Origin: Phototrophicaceae bacterium
GTDB lineage: Bacteria; Chloroflexota; Anaerolineae; Aggregatilineales; Phototrophicaceae
Length of the DNA stretch: 64,000 nucleotides
Direction of reading: 5' to 3'
Assembly: GCA_965243515.1 (NCBI GenBank)
Contig: OZ251572.1
Coordinates: 1,047,239-1,111,238, forward strand
The stretch's first letter is position 1. Each line of letters starts with the position of its first letter. Shown piece by piece: positions 51,639 through 62,858 of the stretch. The position numbers were made by a program, and so were the translations under genes. The notes under the pieces are model-generated. The model did no database searches. It was not told the DNA's origin and saw only the letters and a list, made by a program, of their open reading frames with translations.

Positions 51639-54638
51639 ATGCCGCCAGCTTTGAATTTTCAGCAGGTCATCTTGAAACTGCATGCGTTTTGGGCATCGCA
51701 TCACTGCGTGATTGGCGAGCCGTACAATGTTCAGGTGGGCGCGGGGACGGGCAATCCAGCGACGCTGCTCAAGGTTTTGGGGCCGGAGCCGTGGCGCGTG
51801 GCTTATGTGGAGCCGAGCGTTCGGCCTGATGATGGGCGCTTTGGTCAAAATCCCAATCGGATGCAGAAATACTATCAATATCAAGTCATTCTGAAGCCTG
51901 ACCCTGGCAATCCGCAGGAGCTTTATCTGGCGTCGCTGGAGGCGCTTGGCATCAGTCGGCGCGAACATGACATTCGCTTTGTTGAGGATAACTGGGAATC
52001 GCCGGCTTTGGGGGCGTGGGGGCTGGGCTGGGAAGTATGGCTTGATGGTCAGGAAATTACGCAGTTCACCTATTTTCAGCAGGCTGGCGGCCTGCAGCTT
52101 GAGCCGGTCAGCGTTGAGATCACTTATGGGATTGAGCGGATTGCGCTGGCTTTGCAGGGGCGCGAATCGGCTTGGGCGATGGACTGGATGGATGGGCTTA
52201 GCTATGCCGATGTGATGTTTAATGAGGAGCTTGAGCATTGCCGTTATTATTTTGACACGGCGGATGTTGGGGCGCTGCGGCAGGTGTATGACATTTATGA
52301 GCGCGAATATGCGCGGGCGCTGGAGGGGGATGCGCTGATTGCGGCTTATGATTATGTGCTGAAGTGCAGTCATTTGTTTAATGTGCTGGATACGCGCGGC
52401 GCAGTTGGCGTGACGGAACGCGCCAATTATTTTCGGCGCATGCGCGAGATGACCCGCGGCATCGCCAAGGCATACGTCGCCAAGCGCGAGCAGCTGGGCT
52501 ATCCGCTGATGAAAATGGCGGAAAAATGGCGCGGCTTTCAGGTTCAATGCGCGGCGGATTTGCCGCCGGGGCCGACGGCGGCGGCGGATGTCTTGATTGA
52601 GATTGGGGTAGAGGAACTGCCGGCGGCGGATGCGGCGGCGGCGCTACGGCAGGCGCGGCAGAGCGCGCCGACGTTGTTTGATGAATTGCGGCTGGATCAC
52701 AAGGGAGTCGAAGTTTATGCCACGCCGCGCCGAATTGTCGTTATTGGCCGTCAGGTGGCGCCGCGTCAAACTGATGAGGTGTTTATCGCCAAGGGCCCGC
52801 CGGCTGACCGCGCCTTTGATGCGGATGGCCAGCCAACGCGGGCGGCGCGGGGTTTCGCCAAGAGCAAAGGGCTTGATGTGGCTGATCTGGAAGTGCGCGA
52901 GATGGATGGCGGGCGGTATGTTACGGCGCGGGTGCGTCATGTCGGGCGGCCGACGACCGAGGCGCTGGCGGAAAGGCTGCCGCCGTTCATCGCTGGGCTG
53001 AAGTTTGGCAAGACGATGCGCTGGAATGAGACCGGGGCGGTTTTTTCGCGGCCGGTGCGCTGGCTGGCGGCGCTGTTTGGCGATGTCGTGATTCCATTTG
53101 AATTCGCCGGCCTCGCCAGCGGCAATGTCACCCGCGGCCTGCGGCCTTATGGTTCGCCGCAGACGACGCTCAATGGCCTGGAAAGTTATCTGGCGGCTGG
53201 CCGGGAACAGGGAATAATCCTGGATGATGAGCAGCGGCGGGCGGTGATTGAAGCGCAGGCGCAAACGCTGGCGGCGGAAGTCGGCGGGCGGGTGGCGGCT
53301 GACCGGGAACTGCTGGCGGAAGTGGCGAACTTGGTCGAGGCGCCGAGGGCCTTCCGCGGCGGCTTTGATGTGAAATATCTTGAATTGCCGCGCGATGTTT
53401 TGGTGACAGTTATGCGGAAGCATCAGCGTTATTTCGCGGTCGAGGATGCTGATGGTCGCTTGATGAACTATTTTATTGGCGTCCGCAACGGCGACGGCGA
53501 ATATCTTGACAAGGTTGTTCGGGGCAATGAGCATGTTATTGGCGCGCGATTTTCGGATGCGGTTTTCTTTTATCAGGCGGATATGCAGAGGTCGCTGGAA
53601 GATTGTCTGCCGCGGCTTGACACGCTGACGTTTCAGGCTGATTTGGGATCGATGCTGGCGAAAAGCCGCCGCGTCGGCGGGACGATTGCGGGGTTGGGCG
53701 AACTGCTGGGGATGGATGCGGCCGATATTGCGACGGCGGAGCAGGCGGCGCCGATTGCCAAAGCGGACTTGGCGACGAACATGGTAGTCGAGATGACTTC
53801 GCTGCAAGGGATTATGGGGCGCGAATATGCGCTGAAAGCGGGGCGGCCGGCGGCGGTCGCTGATGCTATTTTTGAGCATTGGCTGCCGCGCGGCGCCGAT
53901 GATATTTTGCCGACCAGCGATGCTGGCCGTCTGCTGGCGGTGGCGGACAAGCTGGATAGCCTGCTGGGGCTGTTTGCGGTGGGGCTGGCGCCGAAATCAA
54001 CGTCCGATCCTTATGGGCTGCGCCGAATGGCCGTGGGCATCGTGCAAATTCTGGTGGACGGGGACATTGAAGTCGATTTGCGCCAAGCGATTGAACGCGT
54101 GGCGCCGAGCCAGCCAGTGGAAGTCGGGGCGGGCGTCAAGCGGCAGGTTCTTGATTTTGCGCGGGCGCGCTTGGCGGCGTGGCTGGGCGATGAGCAGGGC
54201 CGGCGGCCGGATGTCATCCGGGCGGTTCTGAAGGCGCAGGCGCATAATCCAGCCGGCGCGGCGCGGGGCGTGGATGAGCTAAGCGAATGGGTCATGCGCG
54301 ATGATTGGGAGTCTATTTTGGACAGCTTTGCCCGCTGCGCGCGGATGACAGCTAATGAAGCGGCGCAGACCTTGAGGGCGGAACTGCTGGCTGAACCGCA
54401 GGAGAAGCGGCTTTACGCCGCTGTTCAGGCGGCGGCGGACGGGCTGGCGCGGTCGGATAATGCGGGCAATTTTCTGCGGGCTTTTGCGCCGATGGCGGCG
54501 GCGATTGACGACTTCTTTGATCATGTGCTGGTTCATACTGATGATGCGCGGCTGCGTCAAAATCGGATTGCGCTTTTGCAGATGGTTAGTCGGATGCAGG
54601 ATGGGCGCGCTGATTTGAGCGAGTTGGACAATTTTTAG
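51639..54638 (+). CDS. glyQS: Glycine--tRNA ligase, alpha and beta subunits fused in one polypeptide
   Basis: The GlyQ part has [40 protein letters not shown] and [19 protein letters not shown]. It continues without a stop into the GlyS part ([11 protein letters not shown]...). GGAGAG precedes ATG 51639. Confidence 0.95.
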   Translation: MPPALNFQQVILKLHAFWASHHCVIGEPYNVQVGAGTGNPATLLKVLGPEPWRVAYVEPSVRPDDGRFGQNPNRMQKYYQYQVILKPDPGNPQELYLASLEALGISRREHDIRFVEDNWESPALGAWGLGWEVWLDGQEITQFTYFQQAGGLQLEPVSVEITYGIERIALALQGRESAWAMDWMDGLSYADVMFNEELEHCRYYFDTADVGALRQVYDIYEREYARALEGDALIAAYDYVLKCSHLFNVLDTRGAVGVTERANYFRRMREMTRGIAKAYVAKREQLGYPLMKMAEKWRGFQVQCAADLPPGPTAAADVLIEIGVEELPAADAAAALRQARQSAPTLFDELRLDHKGVEVYATPRRIVVIGRQVAPRQTDEVFIAKGPPADRAFDADGQPTRAARGFAKSKGLDVADLEVREMDGGRYVTARVRHVGRPTTEALAERLPPFIAGLKFGKTMRWNETGAVFSRPVRWLAALFGDVVIPFEFAGLASGNVTRGLRPYGSPQTTLNGLESYLAAGREQGIILDDEQRRAVIEAQAQTLAAEVGGRVAADRELLAEVANLVEAPRAFRGGFDVKYLELPRDVLVTVMRKHQRYFAVEDADGRLMNYFIGVRNGDGEYLDKVVRGNEHVIGARFSDAVFFYQADMQRSLEDCLPRLDTLTFQADLGSMLAKSRRVGGTIAGLGELLGMDAADIATAEQAAPIAKADLATNMVVEMTSLQGIMGREYALKAGRPAAVADAIFEHWLPRGADDILPTSDAGRLLAVADKLDSLLGLFAVGLAPKSTSDPYGLRRMAVGIVQILVDGDIEVDLRQAIERVAPSQPVEVGAGVKRQVLDFARARLAAWLGDEQGRRPDVIRAVLKAQAHNPAGAARGVDELSEWVMRDDWESILDSFARCARMTANEAAQTLRAELLAEPQEKRLYAAVQAAADGLARSDNAGNFLRAFAPMAAAIDDFFDHVLVHTDDARLRQNRIALLQMVSRMQDGRADLSELDNF

Positions 54639-54758
54639 GGGAGGGGATGCGCGCGTAAGAATTTTGTATAAATGTTTTAACGCGCGGCTGTGGCTATGGC
54701 ATAAGCGGCGGCGGCTGTTTATAATTGATTATTGTCAGCAGATGGGAGTATGTTTGCC

Positions 54759-56837
54759 ATGTCAGTGACGGATGAGATTAAGGCGCGCATTGACATTGTG
54801 AATTATATTCAGCGTTCGGTCCCATCGCTGAAGAAGGCTGGGCGTCATTATAAAGCCTGCTGTCCGTTCCACGATGAAAAGACCCCGTCGTTTGTTGTTA
54901 ATCCAGAGAGGCAGACGTGGCGCTGTTTTGGCGCCTGCGCTGAAGGCGGCGATCTGTTCACCTTTGCCCAAAAGCTGCACGGCTGGGATTTCAAGGAGAC
55001 GCTGCGCGAACTGGGGCAGGAAGCCGGGGTGCAAATTCGCCGGCAGACTCCTGAACAAAAGTCCCGCGATGATTATTTGGAACGGCTGCGCGGTCTGCTG
55101 GCGGCGGCGGCTGATTATTATCACCGCCTTTTGTTTGATGCCGAAGGGCATGAGACGCGGCTGTATGCCCGCGACCAGCGCGGCTTGACCGAAGACACCA
55201 TCAAGGCTTTTCAGATTGGGTATGCGCCTAATCGCTGGGACGGTCTGCTGAAAATGCTGGGCGGGCTTGGCTATGGCGAAGCTGAAATGATTGAGGCTGG
55301 TCTGGCGATTCGCAGTGACAAGGGGCGGGTGTATGACCGTTTTCGGCATCGGCTGATGATTCCGATTCGGGATGGGCGCGGGCGCGTGGTCGGTTTTGGC
55401 GGGCGGGCGCTTGATCCACAGGATACGGTCAAATACATCAATTCGCCGCAGACGCCGCTCTTCAATAAGAGTCAGCTTTTGTTCGGGCTGGACAGTGGCA
55501 GGCGCGCTATCCGCGATATGGGAACGGCGGTGATTGTCGAGGGCTATTTGGATGTGATTCAGGCGCATCAAGCTGGGTATCGCAATGTTGCCGCGCAGAT
55601 GGGCACGGCTATGACCGAGGCGCAGGTCAGGCAGGCGGCGCGCTATGCTGACAAAATCGTCATCGCGCTGGATGCTGATGAGGCTGGGCAGCGGGCGGCC
55701 CGCCGCAGTTTGGAAGTTGCGCGTCAAACGCTGGCCGATGACCTTGCTGGTCGGCTGTCGGTGGATGTGCGGGTTCTGCAAATGCCGACTGGCAAGGATC
55801 CTGATGATTTTCTGCGCGAATCGCCGGAGGGCTGGGAGGCCTTGGTGGAGGGAGCGCGGTCGGTGGCTGATTTTGTGATTGATATGGAAACCGCCGGCTT
55901 GTCATCGCAGGCAGGCATGCAGGAGCGTCAGTCGGCCGCCAATCGGATTTTGCCGATCCTGATGGGTTCTGAAAACAATTTGTATCAGCAGGAAAATATA
56001 CAAAAGCTGGCGAGGCGGTTAAGGATAGGCGAGCGCGATTTGCTGGCTTGGGCGCAGGAACAGCTGGCGGCGAATCGAAAGGCGCCGCCGTCCGCGCCTC
56101 CGCCGCCGGATAATGTTCCGCCGGATCTGCCGCCGGAGTATTGGGGCGAAAATGATGATATGCCGCCGGACAGCGCGGGGGAGGCCGAAGGGCGGCCGCG
56201 TTCGGCGGCATCGCAAGCGGCCAGGAAGCAAGAGCGGGCGATTGAATCGCACTGTTTGGGCTTGCTGATGAAGCATCCGAATCTGCTGTATCAGGTGAAT
56301 CGGCGGCTGCGGGAACTGGCGGGCGATGATGAGGGTCTGCTGCGGGGGCCTTTGTGTGATTTGGGGATGGAAGATTTTACGCAGAGTCAGTATCGGGTTT
56401 TGATGGGCCGTTTGCAGGAGTCGATGACGCAGGATGATATGGAGCCGCTGCATTATGTCGGGTCGATGCTTGAGCGGGAACTGCGGGCGGATTTTGAGGC
56501 TTTGCTGATTGAGGCGCCTGAAGTTGTTTCGGCGCGGGTGCGAGGGGGGTTTCAGGTCGATATGCTTGATATTTTCAAAAAGCGGATGGACAAGGGCGGC
56601 CCTAATACGGATGTTCGGCAGGAATTGGTGGGGCGGGCATTGCAGCTGCGGCTGGAGCGGCTGGAGCAGGAACGGGTCGAGATGCAGTATTTGCAAGAGG
56701 AGGCGCAGGCCGGCGATGACGAGGACCAGGCGCATCATCATCGTCTTAATCGGAAGATTATTTTGTCGATCAAGGCGAAGGCGCGGATTGACTGGGCGGT
56801 CAGTCGGGCTGCGGTCGGCGGCGGCGACTGGAATTGA
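54759..56837 (+). CDS. dnaG: DNA primase
   Basis: CHC2 zinc finger [26 protein letters not shown] and TOPRIM ([18 protein letters not shown]). I prefer start ATG 54759, which is 10 nt after GGGAG. Confidence 0.95.
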   Translation: [692 protein letters not shown]

Positions 56838-56866
56838 TGAAAGCAGAGTAGAGAGTTGGATGGCTG

Positions 56867-58429
56867 ATGGCGGGCAAAGACAACCGAATTCGCGCATTCA
56901 ATGTTTATGACAGCGGCGAAGATGAGCGTCTGCTGGCGGAGGTTCGGGGCAGCATCAACCGCAATGACCGCGGCGCGGCTTTTGAAGAGGGCGGGCTGGA
57001 TTCTGGCGATGACGGCGCGGATAAAAGGCTGCCGATGACGGATGATCCAGTGCGGATGTATCTGAAGGAAATTGGTCAGGTGCCGCTGCTGGACAGCAAC
57101 CGCGAGATGTGGCTAAGCGCTCAAATTGCCGCCGAGCGGCATTTGGAGGCTTTGCGCGATGAACTGATGAGCCTGGACAATCTTCAGTCTGGCGGGCGGC
57201 TGCCGAATTATCTTGATGTCGAGCGGTATGCCTATAAAAAGCTGGGTCAGAACTGGCGCGAGCTTTTGGAAGCGATTAAGGAATTTGATGTCGCCGCGCC
57301 TGATTTTGACAAGGCGATTGACGAGGCGCAGGGGATTGCGCGGAATTGGGATGTTGAGGGCGATTCGTATATTCGGGGCTGGCTCAATCAGCAGAATTGG
57401 GGGCGCGACGCCCAATGGGCCAAGGTGGCGAAGCTGTTTTTTGAGATTGTTCATGCCATCTGTCTGTTTCCGCTTGAACGGCAGGCGCAGATGCGGCGCT
57501 ATATTCGGCGGCAGAACGAACTGCCGTCCTTTGGGCAGTTTGATGCTTGGATTGAGGACGCGGCTGACCCGATTGAACTGGCGAAGCATCAGCAGGAGCA
57601 GGTTGAGCATCAGGCGGCGCTGGCGGTGGAAGACCTGACGCGGGCGAATCTGCGGCTGGTTGTCAGTGTGGCCAAGCGGTATATGGGGCGCGGCATCAGC
57701 TTTCTTGATCTTATTCAGGAAGGCAATGTGGGTTTGCTGCGGGCGGTCAACAAGTTCGATCATACCAAGGGCTACAAGTTCAGCACGTATGCGACTTGGT
57801 GGATTCGTCAGGCTATCAGCCGGGCGATTGCGGATCAGGCGCGGACGATACGGATTCCAGTTCACATGGTCGAGACGATTAATCGGCTGATGCGGGTTCA
57901 GCGCGAGCTTTTGCAAAAGCTGGGGGCTGAACCCAACGCCGAGCAGATTGCGCTGGAGATGAATTTTCTGACGGATGCGGAGCGCGAGGCGGTCAAGCAG
58001 GGGCGGCGGGAAGATCTGCCGCTGGCGCCGGGCTTGAATCGCAAACTGCGCCGCGCGGTTCAGAAAGTCCGCAAGATCATGCGTATCAGCCAGGAGCCCA
58101 TGAGTCTGGACATGCCGGTTGGGCAGGAAGACAGCAGTTATCTGGGGGATTTTATTCCGGATGAGAATGCGATTGGGCCGGTTGATGCCGCCAGCCGTCA
58201 ACTCCTGAAAGATCAGATTCGCTCGGCGCTGGGGGTATTAAGCGAGCGCGAGCGTCAGGTATTGGAGATGCGCTATGGTCTGGTGGACAGCCATGATTAT
58301 ACGCTGGAGGAGGTCGGGCGTTATTTGGGCGTGACCCGCGAGCGGATTCGCCAGGTTGAGACCAAGGCATTGCGGAAGCTCCGTCATCCGACCCGTTCGC
58401 GTCAGCTGCGCGATTACCTTGAGATGTAG
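56867..58429 (+). CDS. rpoD: Primary RNA polymerase sigma factor (sigma-70/RpoD)
   Basis: Region 1.2 [11 protein letters not shown], region 2 [47 protein letters not shown], and region 4 [19 protein letters not shown]. Confidence 0.97.
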   Translation: MAGKDNRIRAFNVYDSGEDERLLAEVRGSINRNDRGAAFEEGGLDSGDDGADKRLPMTDDPVRMYLKEIGQVPLLDSNREMWLSAQIAAERHLEALRDELMSLDNLQSGGRLPNYLDVERYAYKKLGQNWRELLEAIKEFDVAAPDFDKAIDEAQGIARNWDVEGDSYIRGWLNQQNWGRDAQWAKVAKLFFEIVHAICLFPLERQAQMRRYIRRQNELPSFGQFDAWIEDAADPIELAKHQQEQVEHQAALAVEDLTRANLRLVVSVAKRYMGRGISFLDLIQEGNVGLLRAVNKFDHTKGYKFSTYATWWIRQAISRAIADQARTIRIPVHMVETINRLMRVQRELLQKLGAEPNAEQIALEMNFLTDAEREAVKQGRREDLPLAPGLNRKLRRAVQKVRKIMRISQEPMSLDMPVGQEDSSYLGDFIPDENAIGPVDAASRQLLKDQIRSALGVLSERERQVLEMRYGLVDSHDYTLEEVGRYLGVTRERIRQVETKALRKLRHPTRSRQLRDYLEM

Positions 58430-58440
58430 GCCTGGGCGGC

Positions 58441-59118
58441 ATGGAGATTGATTCACTGCATAGCTGGGATTTGGAGCCGCGGGCGGCGGTGGCTTTGCAG
58501 AAGGAACTGGCGGCGCAGCTGATCAGTGACCGGCCGCTTGATTTGCGAAAGATCGACACCGTCGCTGGGGTGGATGTGAGCGTCAAGGATGGGATGTCGC
58601 AGGCGGCTGTTGTGGTGATGAGTTATCCGGGGCTTGAGACGCTGGAGGCAGCGCGCGCCAGTCGCCGAACGGCTTATCCTTATATTCCTGGTTTGTTGAG
58701 TTTCCGCGAGGGGCCGGCGCTGGAAGAGGCTTTCCGCCGGCTGTCGATTGAGCCGGATGTGTTTATTTTTGATGGCATGGGGCAGATTCATCCGCGGCGG
58801 ATGGGGATTGCGGCGCATCTTGGTTTGTGGCTGCGGCGGCCGACGGTGGGCTGTGGCAAGACGCATTTGATTGGGGACTATGAAGAGCCGGCAAAGGCAA
58901 AGGGCAGCTGGTCGGTTTTGACGCATCGGGGGGAGCGGCTTGGGGCTGTTTTGCGGACGCGGGCGAATGTCAAGCCGGTTTATGTTTCCGTTGGGCATTT
59001 GGCGGACATCGACACAGCGATTGAATTGGTCCTTGCCTGCACGCCCAAGTATCGTCTGCCGCGTCCGATTCGTCAGGCGCATGCCGCGGCCGGCGAGCAT
59101 GAAAAGCATTGGCGGTAA
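58441..59118 (+). CDS. nfi: Endonuclease V (deoxyinosine 3' endonuclease)
   Basis: VAGVDVS, YIPGLLSFREGP, FDGMGQIHPRRMGIAAHLG, VGCGKT and VSVGH. Confidence 0.9.
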   Translation: MEIDSLHSWDLEPRAAVALQKELAAQLISDRPLDLRKIDTVAGVDVSVKDGMSQAAVVVMSYPGLETLEAARASRRTAYPYIPGLLSFREGPALEEAFRRLSIEPDVFIFDGMGQIHPRRMGIAAHLGLWLRRPTVGCGKTHLIGDYEEPAKAKGSWSVLTHRGERLGAVLRTRANVKPVYVSVGHLADIDTAIELVLACTPKYRLPRPIRQAHAAAGEHEKHWR

Positions 59119-59433
59119 TGCGCGGCCTTTTGGTCGCCCTTTGGCGCCTGGCCCGCGCTAGGCTCTGTCTATGGAACCCCCGCGCCGTTCTTTCGATGAT
59201 CATCCTTTTCGCTGGCCGCCCCGTGCGCGGCGCGATATTTGCGGCTGCGGCGGGCGGGCGATGGGATTTATGCCCGAAAATCGTTTCGGCGCGGGCGGCA
59301 AGCGGGGGTTCTGCTGGTCTCAAAGTCAAGCGGGCCTTGCGGTTCAGCCGTTTTTCGGCTTGGGGTTTCGTTTGCGCTGGTCGGGGTCGGCGGTGGATGG
59401 ATTGCCCGTATTCGGGTATGGATTAGCCGCCAC

Positions 59434-59496
59434 GGCGCGCGTTTTGACCGTATTGGCGCGCGTTTTGACCGTATTCGTGTACGTTTTGACCGCGTG
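59434..59496. repeat. 21-nt tandem repeat GGCGCGCGTTTTGACCGTATT: two perfect copies plus one degenerate copy (14/21)
   Basis: Copies at 59434-54, 59455-75 and 59476-96. Each retains CGTTTTGACCG, which contains a TTGACC -35-like hexamer. Confidence 0.95.
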
Positions 59497-59739
59497 TGTC
59501 CATGGATTTAAGGGGATCGGCGCGGATTGGGAAGTTTGGGGAGCGCCATCGCCATGTTCTTCGCCACTATGCGGCTGGATTTGATGCGATTGTCCGCTGA
59601 TCCGAGCGGTTTGAATAAGCGGCGGCCGGCGGTATCGACTATACTTGCCGCTGAATCGGCGCGTATGTGGCAGCCGACGTTCGTTATTGTACGCAGGCGC
59701 CGGGTTTCTGTTCTTTCGCCGCTTGAAGCTAAACAGGTG

Positions 59740-60966
59740 ATGTATATTTCACGCCGCAAGACTGCGCTGTTCACGCGCCGTTCCCGCCGCGGGAGAGGCT
59801 GCATGCCGCTGCTGGTATGGCTTGGCGTCACGGTGATGGTGGTTGCTTTGGGGCGCGATTGGATCGGGCAATGGCTGCATCTGAATCGGCCGCAGCGGGC
59901 TGAAATCAATTTTCAGTCGGCGCAGTCGGCTTTTGACCGTGGCGATTTGGCGGCCGCTATCGACTATGCCCGGCAGCTGCTCCAGCGAAAGCCGACGGAT
60001 GAGCGAACGGTGACCCTGTTGATTCGGGCGCTTGTTTATCACAGTTATTCTGAATTTGATGGTGATTCGGCGCGGCGGGAGGCGCTGGATTTAAGCCAAC
60101 GCGGGATGGGCTGGCTGCCGCGCAGTTTGAATATGCAGGCAGGCCGCGCCTATGCTTTGCAGGCGAATGGTTATTCGGATGAGGCGGCGCGGATGGCCTT
60201 GCGGGTGATCAAGCGTTCGCCGGAGCATATCCTGGCGCGGATTGCTCTGTCGCTGTCGTATGGGTCGCAGGGGATTTTCGAGGCGGCGCTGCGCGAAGCA
60301 AAGGTGGCGGCGGCATTGTCCAATCAGTATCAGCAGTATCAGATGGAAAGCCAGCGGACGGCGGCGATTGCTTATGGTGACCTCGGCCAGTATGAGCAGG
60401 CGGCGGCCCATATCGACCGCGCCATTGGTTTCAACCGCAAACTGATTCCGCTTTATTTTGAGCGGGCGCTGTACGCGATGCAAATGGGCAACAGCGATTT
60501 GGCGTCGGTTTCTTATTTTCAGGTGATGGCTTTTGATGCGGACAATGTGAAAGTTCGCCTGCGGCTTTGTGAGATGTCCAGCAGTCTGCAAGAGCGGGCG
60601 CCGGCGATTCGTTACTGCGGTGAAGTGACTGAATTGGCGCCGAAGTGGTCGGATGGCTGGTATCAACTGGGGCGGGCTTATTTCTTGCAGGGCGATTTTG
60701 CCAGCGCGCAAAAGGCTTTGCATCAATGCGCCCGCTTGCAGGTCGAGCAGGATGTGGCGATAGCCGAGCGACAGTTTGAGTGCTGGTATCTGCAAGGTCA
60801 GTCGGCCGAGATACTTGGCGACTGCGAGGCGCTGATGGCGGCTTTTAATGAGTTTCTTGAGATGACAAGCCGCGCTAGGCTGCCGCAGACCTGGTCGTAT
60901 CCGCCGGGAGGCCCGCCGATTTGCGCCGATACTCCGACGGCGGCGGCGGTGTATTCATCGCCTTGA
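59740..60966 (+). CDS. Membrane-anchored TPR-repeat protein
   Basis: Basic N-terminus, TM (LLVWLGVTVMVVAL), then repeated ~34-aa helical units (..AAIDYARQLLQRKP.., ..EAARMALRVIKRSP.., ..GWYQLGRAYFLQGDFASAQKAL..). The start is uncertain: 59527, 59740 or 59803. Confidence 0.55.
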   Translation: MYISRRKTALFTRRSRRGRGCMPLLVWLGVTVMVVALGRDWIGQWLHLNRPQRAEINFQSAQSAFDRGDLAAAIDYARQLLQRKPTDERTVTLLIRALVYHSYSEFDGDSARREALDLSQRGMGWLPRSLNMQAGRAYALQANGYSDEAARMALRVIKRSPEHILARIALSLSYGSQGIFEAALREAKVAAALSNQYQQYQMESQRTAAIAYGDLGQYEQAAAHIDRAIGFNRKLIPLYFERALYAMQMGNSDLASVSYFQVMAFDADNVKVRLRLCEMSSSLQERAPAIRYCGEVTELAPKWSDGWYQLGRAYFLQGDFASAQKALHQCARLQVEQDVAIAERQFECWYLQGQSAEILGDCEALMAAFNEFLEMTSRARLPQTWSYPPGGPPICADTPTAAAVYSSP

Positions 60967-62118
60967 GGCGGGCTTATGGCTTTCTGCCAGCAGCAGGCGA
61001 TAGAGTCGCAGGGTTTCGGCGGCGATTTGGCGAAAGGTGAAGCCTTCAAGCGCGATTTGTCGGCCGCGGGCGCCCATCTGCTGCCGTTGCGCTGGGTTAT
61101 CGATGAGGTGGCTGATGGCGGCGGCGAGCGCGGCGGCATCTCCTGGCGGAACGACCAGCCCGTTGCGGCCGTGCTGGATGATTTCGCGGCAGCCGGGGGT
61201 GTCGGTCGTTACGCAGGCGCGGGCGCAGGCGGCGGCTTCGATCAGGACTTTGGGCACGCCTTCGCCATAGGTTGAGGGCAGGCAGACGATGCTGCTTTTG
61301 GCATAGACTTGGGGCATATCGGCGCGCTTGCCGTCCCATTCTATCAGCCCTTCGTCATGCCATGCCCGCAGCTGCGCCGCCGGGACGTTCAGTGGGCTGG
61401 TTGTTTCTTCATAGCCAACCACGCGGAAGCGCGCTTTGCCTTGCAGCTGCCGGGCGGCATCAACAAATTCGCCCAGCCCTTTTTGCCACAGCAGCCGCCC
61501 GGCAAAAAGCGCGACTGGTAGGCCATCGAGTGTCTCGGCTTGGGGGCGGAAAACATTTTCATCCACCCCGGAACCGCGGATCAGAACGCTTTTTTCGGGA
61601 TGGACTAAGGAGTGGTCAGTGAATAATTGGAGGTCGTCTGGATTTTGGAAAATCATCCGCGTTCCTTCGCCGGCCATCACCAGTCGAAATATCGGCCGAG
61701 TGAACAGCCGCAGCAGGGATGCTTTCAGGCCGCTGTCGGCGAAGACATAGCCGAGGCCGCTCATGGCGTGGATCACGCTTTTTCGCCCAGTTAGTCTGGC
61801 GGCGATTCCGCCATAGAGAACTGGCTTGATGCTGACATGATGCAGCAGGTCTGGCTGGAGGCGGGCGTACAGCTGGCACAGCGCCTTCAGGGTCTTCAAT
61901 TCGGTCAGGGGGTTGATGCCATGCTGACTCAAGGGAAGCGGATGAAAGGGCAAACGGCTGGCGGCAATTTGCTGGACGGATTCGCGGTCATGTTCCGCGG
62001 CGGCGACATGCACTTCAAAGCCGGCGTCGCGGGCGGCTAAGGCCAGCGGCAAACGGTGTGAGACAAAAAAACGCGGGATGTTGACGACATACAGCAGTTT
62101 GGGAGCATTGGTTTGCAC
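60955..62118 (-). CDS. Glycosyltransferase, GT4 family (GT-B fold)
   Basis: KLLYVVNIPRFFVSHRLPLA N-domain and the C-domain VCLPSTYGEGVPKVLIEAAACARACVTTD..G..EII (E-x7-E-like). Confidence 0.85.
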   Translation of the reverse strand: MQTNAPKLLYVVNIPRFFVSHRLPLALAARDAGFEVHVAAAEHDRESVQQIAASRLPFHPLPLSQHGINPLTELKTLKALCQLYARLQPDLLHHVSIKPVLYGGIAARLTGRKSVIHAMSGLGYVFADSGLKASLLRLFTRPIFRLVMAGEGTRMIFQNPDDLQLFTDHSLVHPEKSVLIRGSGVDENVFRPQAETLDGLPVALFAGRLLWQKGLGEFVDAARQLQGKARFRVVGYEETTSPLNVPAAQLRAWHDEGLIEWDGKRADMPQVYAKSSIVCLPSTYGEGVPKVLIEAAACARACVTTDTPGCREIIQHGRNGLVVPPGDAAALAAAISHLIDNPAQRQQMGARGRQIALEGFTFRQIAAETLRLYRLLLAESHKPASRR

Positions 62119-62157
62119 AGAAGCGCCTTTACATTTTTCTCAAGACTCGCCGGCGGG

Positions 62158-62688
62158 TCACGGATTTCGCTCGCGGCTGACCGGGAGAAATGAAAGCTGT
62201 TCCTGCGGGTTTTGACGAGGTTCATCGGCTTCGTGATCGTTCAGCGCTTCGTCTGGGGCATGCCGCGCCAGATGCGAGCCAGCCAGAACATAGACGAGCA
62301 CGCCTAATGATGACAGAGAAAAACTTGCCAAAATCCCCAGCATTTGCAGCTGTCCGAAGAAAATGTCGCCGGTGTCGCTGCGAATGTGCGTGCCGAAGCC
62401 AAGAATATCAGCCAGGCCGGCCAGCGCCGCAAAGAGAATGCCGGTCAGCGCCAGCCGCGTTCCGATTTGCTGCACGAGAGTTGAGGGGACGTCAAGATAA
62501 AATGTGAATTTCAAGTAGACCAGGGCGCCGAGGATGAGCAGGGCATAACCCAGCAGGACCATTGTCACCTGAACGAGGCCAATGCCAATGGTGGGTTCTG
62601 CGCCGGTCACGCCGGGAAACAGCCCCATCAAACAAAGCATGACGCCCATCGCGCCCAGAGCAATGCCTACCTGTGCAAAGCGCCACAT
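62158..62688 (-). CDS. Hypothetical polytopic membrane protein
   Basis: 176 aa with about 5 TM helices and an acidic tail. No family recognised. Confidence 0.4.
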   Translation of the reverse strand: MWRFAQVGIALGAMGVMLCLMGLFPGVTGAEPTIGIGLVQVTMVLLGYALLILGALVYLKFTFYLDVPSTLVQQIGTRLALTGILFAALAGLADILGFGTHIRSDTGDIFFGQLQMLGILASFSLSSLGVLVYVLAGSHLARHAPDEALNDHEADEPRQNPQEQLSFLPVSRERNP

Positions 62689-62858
62689 ATCCGCCTGTCC
62701 ATCGGGTTAAGCTCCTTATAGCTTTGGCAGCCTGTCGACCGCTGCTGCACTCTTGAGCTTACAGTAGTTTAACCTGCCTTTCCTGCTGATGATAGAGGAT
62801 TGTGTTCACTTATGATATGCTGATTGGGCGCACTGTTGAGCCGCGAAAGGGATGTACC

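Noticed and set aside
59171-59584. 137-aa ORF (and overlapping frames) across the nfi-TPR gap.
   Set aside because: Its composition is Arg/Gly/Cys/Trp-rich nonsense. Part of it merely translates the 21-nt tandem repeat (ARVLTVLARVLTV). There is no start context.
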